From positions 106,070-170,069 of the forward strand of contig JBBTSO010000005.1 of assembly GCA_038064695.1 (NCBI GenBank): a DNA stretch of 64,000 bases, written 5' to 3'. The notes under the pieces were generated by a model that was given only the letters and a program-made list of their open reading frames with translations, made no database searches and had not been told where the DNA came from. Positions 21,763 to 31,291 of the stretch are shown here, one piece after another. The position numbers and the translations under genes are program-made. Positions within the stretch are counted from its first letter, which is position 1, and each line of letters opens with the position of its first letter. This DNA is from Patescibacteria group bacterium (GTDB lineage: Bacteria > Patescibacteriota > Minisyncoccia > Phycocordibacterales > Phycocordibacteraceae).

Positions 21763-22356
21763 CTACGGAGTGAAGGCTTTTCGCAATTCCTCCATTTTCT
21801 GGGGGTTTGAAAGCGCTTCATAAACACGTAACCTAAAAGGCAATCCGCGGTAGTATTGCCCCTCAAAACCGGTTGTAGCAAAAGCAATAAGTTCATCAAA
21901 CGTTACCGTGCGCGGAGTTATCCGTTCGCCCGGATCAAGTGTTACCTCAGACACTTTTGTGCACCCTTTTCCGATGTACACGTAGACAACCGCGTCTGTT
22001 TTGGTTGCGGGAGCATCCGTATAAAACAACGTGAGCGTCTCTGCCTGGTATCCCGTTTCTTCTTTTAATTCTCTTCGAGCTGCCTCATCTGGTGTTTCTC
22101 CTGCCTCTACCCTTCCACAAGGAGCAGTAATAACCGTCTCTCGATTTGGCTGCGAATCTTCAATCAGTAGTATTCTCCCGTCGGGGAGTATGGGAAACAC
22201 GATCGCGGAGTCAGCGCGGTGCGCCATTTCAAAGGTGGCATATGACCCATCAAACAATTTCTGTTGCCACTGGTAAATATCAAAAATAATTCCCTCAAAA
22301 ACTTTCTTTGCGTCTTTCGGAATTCTACTTTCCCTGTACGGGGGCTGTGTTCCCAT
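21763..22356 (-). CDS. Nudix hydrolase (ADP-ribose pyrophosphatase-like)
   Basis: Nudix box GRVEAGETPDEAARRELKEETG; start re-called at ATG 22356. Confidence 0.9.
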   Translation of the reverse strand: MGTQPPYRESRIPKDAKKVFEGIIFDIYQWQQKLFDGSYATFEMAHRADSAIVFPILPDGRILLIEDSQPNRETVITAPCGRVEAGETPDEAARRELKEETGYQAETLTLFYTDAPATKTDAVVYVYIGKGCTKVSEVTLDPGERITPRTVTFDELIAFATTGFEGQYYRGLPFRLRVYEALSNPQKMEELRKAFTP

Positions 22357-22410
22357 TGATATTAAAAATATACCATGGCAGGGCACACAGTCCACTGGTG
22401 ACTAGTTGTT

Positions 22411-22956
22411 CTATTTGACTAACACTTCTACCGTTCTGTCAATAAGCGCGTCAGTAGGGAGCGACACAAAACCTAATGAACGAGCAAGGGAAATGCTCGC
22501 GTCATTTCCGCATGCGATCTGTACATAGAGTCGAACCCCTGTGTTTTGTGTTACGTAGTGAGCAAGTGCCATTTCACAAAATTTTTTCATAAAACCCGCG
22601 CCACGAAATATCCCATAGGAACGGTACGCTACCGTGTGCCACTCACTCCCCTCACCGAATTCACGATCAGTAGTGGGGAGTGCTTTTGGCCCACACCACA
22701 CGATGCCTGCCAACACGTCATCGGGAGTCACCGCCACGTACAGTGTTCTTCCTTGTGCATACCACTCTTCAAACGAACCCGTACCAAATCGTTTTCGGTC
22801 AGACGTTACCGCGAGCTCAGTGTCAGAAGTATCCAGTGAGTACTTTTTTAATTGCTGAAGATGGGTTTCAGAAAGTCCCTGCATTACGCGGAGCGGAACG
22901 CCACTTTTGGTGTTGACCGTTCCTATGTCGTGTAACTCAAAGAGCGGAGTGGTCAT
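22411..22956 (-). CDS. GNAT family acetyltransferase
   Basis: FRGAGF motif A, NDASISLARSLGF motif B. Confidence 0.75.
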   Translation of the reverse strand: MTTPLFELHDIGTVNTKSGVPLRVMQGLSETHLQQLKKYSLDTSDTELAVTSDRKRFGTGSFEEWYAQGRTLYVAVTPDDVLAGIVWCGPKALPTTDREFGEGSEWHTVAYRSYGIFRGAGFMKKFCEMALAHYVTQNTGVRLYVQIACGNDASISLARSLGFVSLPTDALIDRTVEVLVK

Positions 22957-24134
22957 AGAATACCGAACGTTTTACCCACTTCGGTAAATTTTTCTACCGC
23001 GAAAATAATATCTTCTTCAGTATGCGCGGCAGAAATTTGTACCCGAATGCGCGCGGTCCCTTTCGGCACCACCGGGTAACTAAATCCAATGACATAAATT
23101 CCCTTCTCGTATAACGCGCGCGCCATGTCGGTCGCTTTCTTTTCATCACCGACCATAATGGGAGTAATGGGGTGTGGTGCGACCGATACAGAAAATCCTG
23201 CTTCTTTCATCCGACTTCTAAACAGTGTGGTGTTACTCCACAAGGAACTACGAAGTTCGGGATGCGCTTGAATGTGCGCAAGTGCCGCAATGGAAGTACC
23301 CGTAATAACCGTATCCAAGCTGTTTGAAAAAAGGTACGAGCGAGATTTTTGCCGTAGATACTCAGCAACGCGCGCGTTGGTTGCGGTGAACGCACCTCCC
23401 GCGCCTCCGAGTGCTTTCCCAAACGTGCCGGTAATAAAATCAATTTTCCCTAAAACCCCTTCTGCCTCAGCAACACCACGACCGGTGTCTCCCATTACTC
23501 CCGTTGCGTGCGCGTCGTCAACAAACACGAGCGCGTCATATTTTTCCGCAAGCGCGACAATGGATTTTAATGGCGCAATATGTCCATCCATTGAAAAAAC
23601 GCCATCGGTTGCAATAACCCGGTACCGCTTATCTTTGGTACTGATGAGTTTTTGCTCCAAGTCGGCCATATCCATATGCGCGTACACCAATCGTTCGGAT
23701 TTTGTTAAACGAATAGCATCAATAATGGAAGCGTGGTTTAGTGCATCGCTAATAATGGCGTCTTCTTCGGTAAAAAAAGTCTGGAAAAGACCGACGTTTG
23801 CCATAAAACATGACGAGTAAAGAACGGCATCCTCGCACCCTACAAACTCAGCAATCTTTTTTTCAAGTGTTTTATGTATTTCCTGAGTACCGCAAATAAA
23901 CCGAACTGAGGCAAGTCCATACCCCCACCGCTCTAACACCTTCTCTGAGGCCTCCGCGAGCAGCGGAGACCCTGAAAGTCCAAGGTAGTTGTTTGCGCAA
24001 AAATTGAGCATTGTTTTATCGCCAACGGTGATTTCTCTTCCCTGGCGCGAGGAAAGTACTCGCTCTTCTTTGTACACACCTTCGTCACGAAATTTTTGTA
24101 ATTCTTGAGTGAGATTATCAATAAAACGTTTCAT
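22953..24134 (-). CDS. kbl: 2-amino-3-ketobutyrate CoA ligase (glycine C-acetyltransferase)
   Basis: NFCANNYLGL, SVRFICGTQ, DDAHATG, GTFGKALGG, ARIRVQISA. Confidence 0.94.
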   Translation of the reverse strand: MKRFIDNLTQELQKFRDEGVYKEERVLSSRQGREITVGDKTMLNFCANNYLGLSGSPLLAEASEKVLERWGYGLASVRFICGTQEIHKTLEKKIAEFVGCEDAVLYSSCFMANVGLFQTFFTEEDAIISDALNHASIIDAIRLTKSERLVYAHMDMADLEQKLISTKDKRYRVIATDGVFSMDGHIAPLKSIVALAEKYDALVFVDDAHATGVMGDTGRGVAEAEGVLGKIDFITGTFGKALGGAGGAFTATNARVAEYLRQKSRSYLFSNSLDTVITGTSIAALAHIQAHPELRSSLWSNTTLFRSRMKEAGFSVSVAPHPITPIMVGDEKKATDMARALYEKGIYVIGFSYPVVPKGTARIRVQISAAHTEEDIIFAVEKFTEVGKTFGIL

Positions 24135-24135
24135 A

Positions 24136-25335
24136 CTAGCCGTTAATAGAGAAAATAATTTTAGGGTGCGCGTTCATTGCGTTTTCAAAACTCTCTGGAG
24201 TAAACGACGAGAACGGGTAGAGTGTCCCTTCTCCTTTCTTTAGGATGGTATTCCAAATGGCATCTTGAACACCATTTGTTTTATCTGAAAGTACTCGTTG
24301 AGCAATTTGCCAGGTGCGAAAAATTTCGCGACCAATAATGTTGTGCATGGTGAGTCCTCGCACAATAACTCGGTTAAACTTCGGGATAGTAAGATCGCCG
24401 TCTTTGATACCAAAAAAGACCACGTGACCTCCGCGCCTCGTCGCGTCAATGGCGTTATTGACTGAAGAAAAGGGACCAGCCATTTCGAGAGAAACATCAA
24501 CGCCTTTCCCGTAGGTAATTTCCATAATGCGCGCTATTACTTCAGGATCACCTTCCCAGTCATGAGTTTTGGTCTTTTTTTCAATCTGAATTGTTTCGTG
24601 AGCCCCAAGTTCTCGCGCGATGCGTAAATTTTCAGGATTGACGTCTATGGCAATTACTTTTGCGGCACCGAAATTTCGCAAAAGTAAAATAGAAAAAAGA
24701 CCGATGGGGCCACACCCGAACACCGCGACACGTTGCCCTCGCACGTCGACGCGGGTAGTAGAGTGTACTGCGTTTCCAAACGGGTCAAAAATAGATGCTA
24801 TTTCTGGACGAATGCGCGTCTCATCAATGGCCCATAAATTTTTTGCAGGTATTTTTACGTATTCCGCGAAAACACCATCAATGGAGATCCCAAGAATTGA
24901 TTCATTCATACAAACATTAGCTTCACCTACGCGACACTGGAAACACGTGCCACACGTAATATGCGAGTCGCCCGATACGAGCGCACCCACCTGTATTTTT
25001 GCTTTGTTGTGCGGATCACTGTCCAAATACAGACGTTCAACCATTGACCCCTGTTCTACAATCTCCCCTACAAATTCGTGCCCGTTGATACGGAGTGTTT
25101 TCCCTTCACGTTGGAGTGAGTCGTGTACCAAATCTTTAAACGCGCTACGGTGCCAGAGCCCACGGTCGCTCCCACACACGCCTGCAAATCGAACTTTTAT
25201 AATGACTGCGAGTGCATCGTCTGGATTTTTTTTCTCATCGAGCGTGGGTCGCGGAACATCTCTCAAAACAAAACCTTTACTTCCCGACCAGCCGTCGGCA
25301 ACTGAGTCAAATGTGAGGGCTTTCACGGTATCCAT
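24136..25335 (-). CDS. tdh: Zn-dependent dehydrogenase, probable L-threonine 3-dehydrogenase
   Basis: CGSD, GHE, CxxCxxC...C, DPFGNAVH, GCGPIG; directly upstream of kbl. Confidence 0.85.
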   Translation of the reverse strand: MDTVKALTFDSVADGWSGSKGFVLRDVPRPTLDEKKNPDDALAVIIKVRFAGVCGSDRGLWHRSAFKDLVHDSLQREGKTLRINGHEFVGEIVEQGSMVERLYLDSDPHNKAKIQVGALVSGDSHITCGTCFQCRVGEANVCMNESILGISIDGVFAEYVKIPAKNLWAIDETRIRPEIASIFDPFGNAVHSTTRVDVRGQRVAVFGCGPIGLFSILLLRNFGAAKVIAIDVNPENLRIARELGAHETIQIEKKTKTHDWEGDPEVIARIMEITYGKGVDVSLEMAGPFSSVNNAIDATRRGGHVVFFGIKDGDLTIPKFNRVIVRGLTMHNIIGREIFRTWQIAQRVLSDKTNGVQDAIWNTILKKGEGTLYPFSSFTPESFENAMNAHPKIIFSING

Positions 25336-25381
25336 AAGATCTTAGTATATACCAACCAAAATACCATTCCGTCACACGGCT

Positions 25382-26056
25382 CTAAAACACGAGCAAATGA
25401 GCCGGTTTTTCAGAAAGGGTAATGAGTACCTTTTCTCCATCGTGGATGACTGCTTCGCCTTCAAAATTATCAACATACACGAGCGCGGGACCGCGGTGTA
25501 TTTCAACCGTAAGTGAAGTCTCTTGCTCTGGTAAAAACAACGGGGCCAGGTGTTCCGCGGTGTTGTTAAATGCAACCCCGATACCAGATTCAAAAGTCTT
25601 ACGGGTGATGCTTTGAAAATATCCCGTGGCACCAAGCGCAGTTGCCACCACTACCCCGTCTCCAATAATGTTAGAAAATGTCTGTGTATTGGTATGGAGT
25701 GAGAAACGAACTGCGTGGCGAGGATTTTTATTTCTTACCACCACGTCATTTAACGCGTACCAAACCACTCCGGCAGTTTCTACTTGTAGTTTTAAAATGG
25801 TCCGAACGGTGTATGCTTTTTCCGACAAACGCTTGAGCACGTGATCCAGCGGGAGCGTGGTGCACAACGTACACGTCGCGCTATTTTTTATGAGTAGCTT
25901 CGGAACAGTCGGAAACCGCGCTTCGGAGCGAAGAAAAGTGCCATCGCCCCCAAAACTAATAACGACGTCAGGGTTTTCATTAACAACGCGAAATCCTGCC
26001 CGTTCAACATCTGAACGTAACGTTTCTACTTGTTCACCAAAAAGGGCGATATTCAT
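25382..26056 (-). CDS. nadK: NAD kinase
   Basis: GGDGT, ALND, GDGVVVATALGATGY; start re-called at ATG 26056. Confidence 0.9.
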   Translation of the reverse strand: MNIALFGEQVETLRSDVERAGFRVVNENPDVVISFGGDGTFLRSEARFPTVPKLLIKNSATCTLCTTLPLDHVLKRLSEKAYTVRTILKLQVETAGVVWYALNDVVVRNKNPRHAVRFSLHTNTQTFSNIIGDGVVVATALGATGYFQSITRKTFESGIGVAFNNTAEHLAPLFLPEQETSLTVEIHRGPALVYVDNFEGEAVIHDGEKVLITLSEKPAHLLVF

Positions 26057-26089
26057 ACAAACACTATACCGGAGCCAAAACAACGTGCC

Positions 26090-26434
26090 CTAGCTCGCCT
26101 TCTGAATGTCTTCAACGTCTTCACTTATTTCTTCCACGTTTTCGTGAATTTCTTCAATATCTTCCTGAATTTCATCAACATCTTTTTCAACCTCGCGGAG
26201 TGACATCGTGTTACGATTGACGGTCATTTGAATAAAAAGCGCAAGATAAATGGCCTCAAGCGAAACAACGGTAGTCAAAACCAAAAGAACCATATCCCAG
26301 GGAGCTACTCCAAGTACACCCACCATAAAGGCCCCTAAAAAAGCGAGCGTATGCACTGCAATTGAAGAGGGAGAACCCATCCAGTGGGTAATTTTTTCAT
26401 ACATCCCGTGGTGATGGTGGTGGTTACGATCCAT
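26090..26434 (-). CDS. DUF1003-like membrane protein
   Basis: ITHWMGS, LLVLTTVVSLEAIYLALFIQM, acidic coiled-coil tail. Confidence 0.8.
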   Translation of the reverse strand: MDRNHHHHHGMYEKITHWMGSPSSIAVHTLAFLGAFMVGVLGVAPWDMVLLVLTTVVSLEAIYLALFIQMTVNRNTMSLREVEKDVDEIQEDIEEIHENVEEISEDVEDIQKAS

Positions 26435-26540
26435 AAAAATATACCCAAAGTATACACGGTATTTTTAAATTCTATGGAATTGCGAATTTAAATAGGTACG
26501 ATATACTATTCGTACCTCAAAAAGGTACAATAATTTGCAT

Positions 26541-26613
26541 GGGCCCTTAGCTCATTTGGTAGAGCGCCTCATTTGCACTGAGGAGGCGGGGGGTTCGAAT
26601 CCTCTAGGGTCCA
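26541..26613 (+). tRNA. tRNA-Ala(TGC), CCA not encoded
   Basis: Cloverleaf: acceptor GGGCCCT/AGGGTCC with G3:U70, anticodon arm CCTCA-TTTGCAC-TGAGG, GTTCGAATC T-loop. Confidence 0.97.
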
Positions 26614-26789
26614 CAACATAAAAATTGCCCAGCTCATGCTGGGTTATTTTTATGGCGGTTGAGTGTGGGAGGATTCGAAAACCGGAAGCGCGACGGCGCT
26701 GAGGTGGGGTCGCAAAAATTTTTAGCAAAAAATTATTAGTGACCGATGCGTGCTGAGCGAAGCGATGACACATCCTCTAGGGTCCACAA
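26599..26789 (+). repeat. 18-bp direct repeat of the tRNA-Ala 3' end flanking a 155-bp hairpin-rich element
   Basis: atcctctagggtccacaa at 26599-26616 and 26772-26789. Confidence 0.9.
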
Positions 26790-26941
26790 AAGACAGAAAC
26801 ATCCCGCCTGCGCGGGATTTTCTGCTTTTGTGGAAGGCACAGGTATATTTTTCTTTGAACGAAGTGAGAGGGAAAAATACCGAGCCGGGGTCGCGGAAAA
26901 TTTCTGTCAAGAAATTTATTTGTGACCACCTTTTGCTTGTT

Positions 26942-27094
26942 TTAAGCGTTATTTAACACGTGCTCAATAAACTCAGGCATTGAAACCCCTACTGCCGCGA
27001 GGGACTTCGGAAGAAGTGAATTTTCAGTGAGACCAGGGAGTGTATTCACTTCCAAAAAGTAAATACCTCGGGGGGATACAATAAAATCACTGCG
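26942..27094 (-). pseudogene. ddl: Stranded, still-open 3' end of ddl
   Basis: Translates RSDFIVSPRGIYFLEVNTLPGLTENSLLPKSLAAVGVSMPEFIEHVLNNA-stop. Confidence 0.9.
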
Positions 27095-27162
27095 CCCTCG
27101 TTCAGGTACCAACGATTATACCTCAACCTTTTTTAGCGCAAGCAACTGCTATAATACCACCC

Positions 27163-27831
27163 GTGTCTACTATTATTGTTCTTCATGGATGGAAACATAG
27201 TCTTGCTTCGTGGGAAGAATTTCGAATGCAGTTTCCCGTTGATACCGTTATCACTTTTGATTTACCAGGATTTGGCGACGAACCACTACATCTAGGGTGG
27301 GGCGTACCAGAATATGCTGGATGGGTTAAAGAGAAAATTGCTCCGTATACGTCTAAAGGTCCAGTTATTCTCCTCGGACACTCTTTTGGAGGAAGAATCG
27401 CTGCATACATTGCTATCCAACAACCACCATGGCTCGAGCGCCTCATTCTTTATGGCGCACCTCTTATCTACCAACCAACAATATGGGTGCGCTTCCGGGC
27501 AGGGATTGCAAAAAAAATAAAAGCTTTTATACCTTTTAAAAAATACATTCTCAACGTGCTCTTTCCTGAAAGCCACAAACCCGAGTACTACAAAATATTT
27601 AAAAAAATTGCTACGTTTGATTTAAAAAATGAATTACAACACATCACCGTACCAACTTTATTTGTATGGGGTGACAATGACACCGAAGCTCCACTCCGTC
27701 TTGGTCGGATAGCGGCAAAACTCATTCCGCAGAGTTTAATGGTAATATTGCCAAAATCGGGTCACAATATACACATCGACTCACCGTATCTATTCTATGG
27801 CGTTGTTAAAAAATTTATTGAGGGTAACTAA
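27163..27831 (+). CDS. Alpha/beta hydrolase
   Basis: LHGW, DLPGFG, GHSFGG, WGDND, GHN. Confidence 0.92.
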   Translation: MSTIIVLHGWKHSLASWEEFRMQFPVDTVITFDLPGFGDEPLHLGWGVPEYAGWVKEKIAPYTSKGPVILLGHSFGGRIAAYIAIQQPPWLERLILYGAPLIYQPTIWVRFRAGIAKKIKAFIPFKKYILNVLFPESHKPEYYKIFKKIATFDLKNELQHITVPTLFVWGDNDTEAPLRLGRIAAKLIPQSLMVILPKSGHNIHIDSPYLFYGVVKKFIEGN

Positions 27832-29155
27832 TTTTATTTTTCCTTTCGTAGATTTTTGCTATATTCTTCAATTAGAAGAATATAGCACAAGGCGCTACTT
27901 AGTTGCGTTAAAAAAATTCCTTTTCAGACGAAATCTCCAACAACGCCAACGACTTGTCTTAACACAACGAATAAAATTAACCTTGTTTCTGAGCGTTGCT
28001 ATGTATCTTGGAATTCTGACTAGTATTTATATCTTTACATCTGGAACAACTGCTCTTGTGTCCTACTTAGGAACTACAATACTAATTCCCTTAATCGTTG
28101 CTTTAGCAGATACAGTTATTACACCTGGTACATACCTTTTAAAGAAACGGATTAGAGCGTCTGCGCAACGTAAGCTTAAAAACTATAAAAACATTGTCAC
28201 TATCGTAATCGCTGGCAGTCATGGCAAATCGACAACAAAGACGTTTTTGTACGAACTACTACGATACCACTACAACACCAAGATGGCTCTGAGAAATATT
28301 AATACGCCAATGGGTATTGCTGATTGGATAAACAAAGAATTGCATGGCGGGGTGGATATTTTGATAGCAGAAATTGATACGTATTGGGTAGGAGAAATTA
28401 CTGATTCATGTCATATGCTTCGGCCCCGTCATGCGATCGTAACATCACTAGGCGAACAACATCTTGTTCGATTTAAAAACCAAGAAGAATTGCATCAAGC
28501 GCTACTTGAGACATTCACCTGTACCACAATAGATGGTTTGAAATTGGCACCACGAGAACTGAAAAATAATCTAGAGAAAAAAGGTTTAAATGACATCATA
28601 TATGTGGATGATATTCCGTACTACGCAGGGAGAAAGATAGAAACTCCGCAACTTTCTGAGACACAAAAAAAAGATCTCTCTTTGGCGCTTCGTATGGCAG
28701 AGGAATTTAGTATTCCAGAACATATAGTGGTCGATATTTGCTCGAAACTTACACCGCCTGATCGCAGGCAGGTTCAAAGCAAAATGCACGGCTTTGAAGT
28801 TGTTGATGATTCATACAATATTAGTTTTGAAACCGCACAAAAAGGTATCACCAGAGCGGCTGAGCTTGCAAAAGAAAAAAACAAAAAACTACTGATAGTA
28901 ACTGCGGGTATTCCTGAGCTGGGAAAAGAGAACGCGCAAGCGAATACCAAACTGGGGCAACAGATGGCTATCACAGCAAATTACATCGCTATATTGAAAT
29001 CTGACTTTCACAAAGCAATAATCGAAGGTATACCAAAAAAGAGTAGCTATTCTCTATACCCTTCTATTGACGATTTCTGGCTCGCTACTGAGTCATTCCC
29101 CAAGGACGAGTGGTTAATTCTTGTACAACCAGAACTAACTGATTTATATTATTGA
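27797..29155 (+). CDS. MurF-like Mur ligase with N-terminal membrane segments
   Basis: LQLEEY N-terminus, IAGSHGKSTTK, NINTPMGI, LGEQHL, DDSYN, GIPELG. Confidence 0.85.
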   Translation: MALLKNLLRVTNFIFPFVDFCYILQLEEYSTRRYLVALKKFLFRRNLQQRQRLVLTQRIKLTLFLSVAMYLGILTSIYIFTSGTTALVSYLGTTILIPLIVALADTVITPGTYLLKKRIRASAQRKLKNYKNIVTIVIAGSHGKSTTKTFLYELLRYHYNTKMALRNINTPMGIADWINKELHGGVDILIAEIDTYWVGEITDSCHMLRPRHAIVTSLGEQHLVRFKNQEELHQALLETFTCTTIDGLKLAPRELKNNLEKKGLNDIIYVDDIPYYAGRKIETPQLSETQKKDLSLALRMAEEFSIPEHIVVDICSKLTPPDRRQVQSKMHGFEVVDDSYNISFETAQKGITRAAELAKEKNKKLLIVTAGIPELGKENAQANTKLGQQMAITANYIAILKSDFHKAIIEGIPKKSSYSLYPSIDDFWLATESFPKDEWLILVQPELTDLYY

Positions 29156-30291
29156 TCAATAAATTTTTCTACAATTGAAGAGTCATAGTCAAGCCTCTGT
29201 GCGTCAAATTCCACCTGTCGTTGTCGAGCATTTTCGATGAGTAAACTGAATTGTTGTGTATATGGTTCACCTGTAGCCTCCCAGAGATAGAAAGCGAGTG
29301 ACCCGGGGATGGAATTTACTTCGGTCAAATAAAGCACGCGGTCCTTAGTGTACATAAAGTCAATACGCACCATCTGACTCTGTCGAGTGGCTCGAAATAC
29401 CTTTTTGGCTGTTTCTTGAATTTCTGATCGCAAAGATTCAGAAATATCAGCAGGAAGCTCTCGATTGAGTGAAGCCATGCCTTGTTGTGCTGTTTTTTTG
29501 CCACCTTTTTCGTACTTTTCCGCAAAACTGAGAAATGCTTCTTTTGAAAGAGGGCGTTCAATCTCGCTTGTCTCAATAACTCCGTTATTTTCTCTCACTG
29601 AACAGTTGTATTCAACAAAGTCTGTAAGTAGGGTTTCAACCAGTATCTCATTATCTACATGCGAGGCTTTTAAAAGAGCTTTTTCAAGTTCAATTTTTGA
29701 GTGTGCGATATCTAGTCCAATTGACGACCCCAGATGAACTGGTTTAACGATGAGATCATCGCCTAGCGTACGACAACACTTTTCAACAATCTCCTGAGTG
29801 TTTTTACGAATTTCTACTGAGGTGAATGACAAACCTGGTACAGTTCTCACTCCTTCTTGAGAAGCTAAATTTTTAGTAATCTGTTTATTGAGTGCTATTA
29901 CGGAACCTTCGATTGAAGGAGATGAATGGGCAATGTTACATGTCTCAAGTAATCCTTGCACTTTTCCACCCTCGCCACCTCCTCCATGAAAAGCCAATAA
30001 TGCTGCATAAGGATAAATGCTTTTTGAAAAAAAACCATTAGTACGCACAAACCCTCCATGTTGGTTTTTTCCAAAAGAAACTGAGACACGTTTGTTTTTT
30101 AAAAATCCTTTTCGAGATTTTAACTTTGGCAAATAATAAAAATCGTTTTCTTTTGAAATATAAATAACGTGCGGAGTATAAACTTCTGTGTCTAAGGCTT
30201 CTAGAGCCTGCAATCCAGTCACGACAGACACCTCGTGTTCGGGTGAAGTTCCCCCAAACATAAGTAATATAGGTTTTCTTTCACTTTTCAT
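29149..30291 (-). CDS. Second D-Ala-D-Ala ligase family protein (PGSLAFYLW type)
   Basis: FGGTSPEHEVS, HGGGGEGG, VKPVHLGSSIG, RIDF, EVNSIPGSLAFYLW. Confidence 0.9.
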   Translation of the reverse strand: MKSERKPILLMFGGTSPEHEVSVVTGLQALEALDTEVYTPHVIYISKENDFYYLPKLKSRKGFLKNKRVSVSFGKNQHGGFVRTNGFFSKSIYPYAALLAFHGGGGEGGKVQGLLETCNIAHSSPSIEGSVIALNKQITKNLASQEGVRTVPGLSFTSVEIRKNTQEIVEKCCRTLGDDLIVKPVHLGSSIGLDIAHSKIELEKALLKASHVDNEILVETLLTDFVEYNCSVRENNGVIETSEIERPLSKEAFLSFAEKYEKGGKKTAQQGMASLNRELPADISESLRSEIQETAKKVFRATRQSQMVRIDFMYTKDRVLYLTEVNSIPGSLAFYLWEATGEPYTQQFSLLIENARQRQVEFDAQRLDYDSSIVEKFIDQ

Positions 30292-31252
30292 ACACGAGTT
30301 TCAGAATGTGCTCAATAAATTCACTCATATTAACACCGACAGACCCTAATGCTACTGAAAATAGTGAAATGTCTCTTAGGTCGGGCAGAGTATTCACTTC
30401 CAAAAAGTAAATACCTCGGGGGGATACAATAAAATCACTACGCGAGTAATGTCTGAGCCCCAAAGCGCTATGCGATACCGCGGCGAGCGACTTTAACTCC
30501 GCACTTTCACGATCAGAAAACGACCCTGGACAACGCTCTATGGTGCGCGGGTTGTATTTTGTTTCGTAATCAAAAAACGTGCTTTGTGCTGGTAAGACAA
30601 TTTCAACGGGGGGCAAGCGGTAAACGGGCTCTCCACGAAGTCCCTCAACCACGCCCACCGTTGCTTCTTTTCCTGGAATGTATTCCTCTATCAAAATTTG
30701 AGGAGAAAACTGGAATGCGTTTTTTACTCCCGTTTGAAATTCAAAGAAGTTCTTTGCGAGTGTTACACCCACTGAAGAACCCGCACTCACCGGCTTAATA
30801 ACTGAGGGTTGCGGAAAATGCCGAAACGCATGTAGTATTTCACGATCAAGGGTGTCAGAAACTGAAAGCGTTATTCCGTAGGGAGTTTTTACCCCCATAC
30901 TCTCTAGCGTTTTTTTAGTAAGCACTTTATTCATCGCAACAGATGAAGCGTACGTGCGACTGCCGGTGTACGGAACACCTATGCGCTCTAGTACGCGCTG
31001 AACACCTCCGTCTTCCCCATACTCACCATGAAGCGCATTCCACACGACATCAACTCCCGTTAAACTTTTCTCAGGGGACGCAGGAACGCCACGAACAAAC
31101 CACTCACCCCCTTTATCAATAAAAATGTCTCGCGTTTTGTACTGCTCCGAAAATGAATGCGCTAACTGTTGCAGTACCGCGGCACCTGTTTTTAACGAAA
31201 CATCATGTTCCGCTCCCACTCCTCCGCGAATAACGGCGACAGTTTTTTGCAT
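30281..31252 (-). CDS. ddl: D-Ala-D-Ala ligase with substituted C-terminus
   Basis: GGVGAEHDVS, LHGEYGEDG, KPVSAGSSVG, FDYETKY, RSDF, EVNTLPD. Confidence 0.93.
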   Translation of the reverse strand: MQKTVAVIRGGVGAEHDVSLKTGAAVLQQLAHSFSEQYKTRDIFIDKGGEWFVRGVPASPEKSLTGVDVVWNALHGEYGEDGGVQRVLERIGVPYTGSRTYASSVAMNKVLTKKTLESMGVKTPYGITLSVSDTLDREILHAFRHFPQPSVIKPVSAGSSVGVTLAKNFFEFQTGVKNAFQFSPQILIEEYIPGKEATVGVVEGLRGEPVYRLPPVEIVLPAQSTFFDYETKYNPRTIERCPGSFSDRESAELKSLAAVSHSALGLRHYSRSDFIVSPRGIYFLEVNTLPDLRDISLFSVALGSVGVNMSEFIEHILKLVYEK

Positions 31253-31291
31253 CGTTATCCAATAATACTACAACCTTTTGTAAGTTCGTTT

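Larger units (their letters stand above)
27042..30439. mobile_element. Integrase-less island inserted in ddl, bounded by exact 50-bp direct repeats
   Basis: gtattcacttccaaaaagtaaatacctcggggggatacaataaaatcact at 27042-27091 and 30390-30439; interior visibly more AT-rich. Confidence 0.8.

Noticed and set aside
27042-31252. Van-type glycopeptide resistance cluster
   Set aside because: No VanH/X/T/RS genes; the second ligase has the PGSLAFYLW signature rather than VanA/B motifs.
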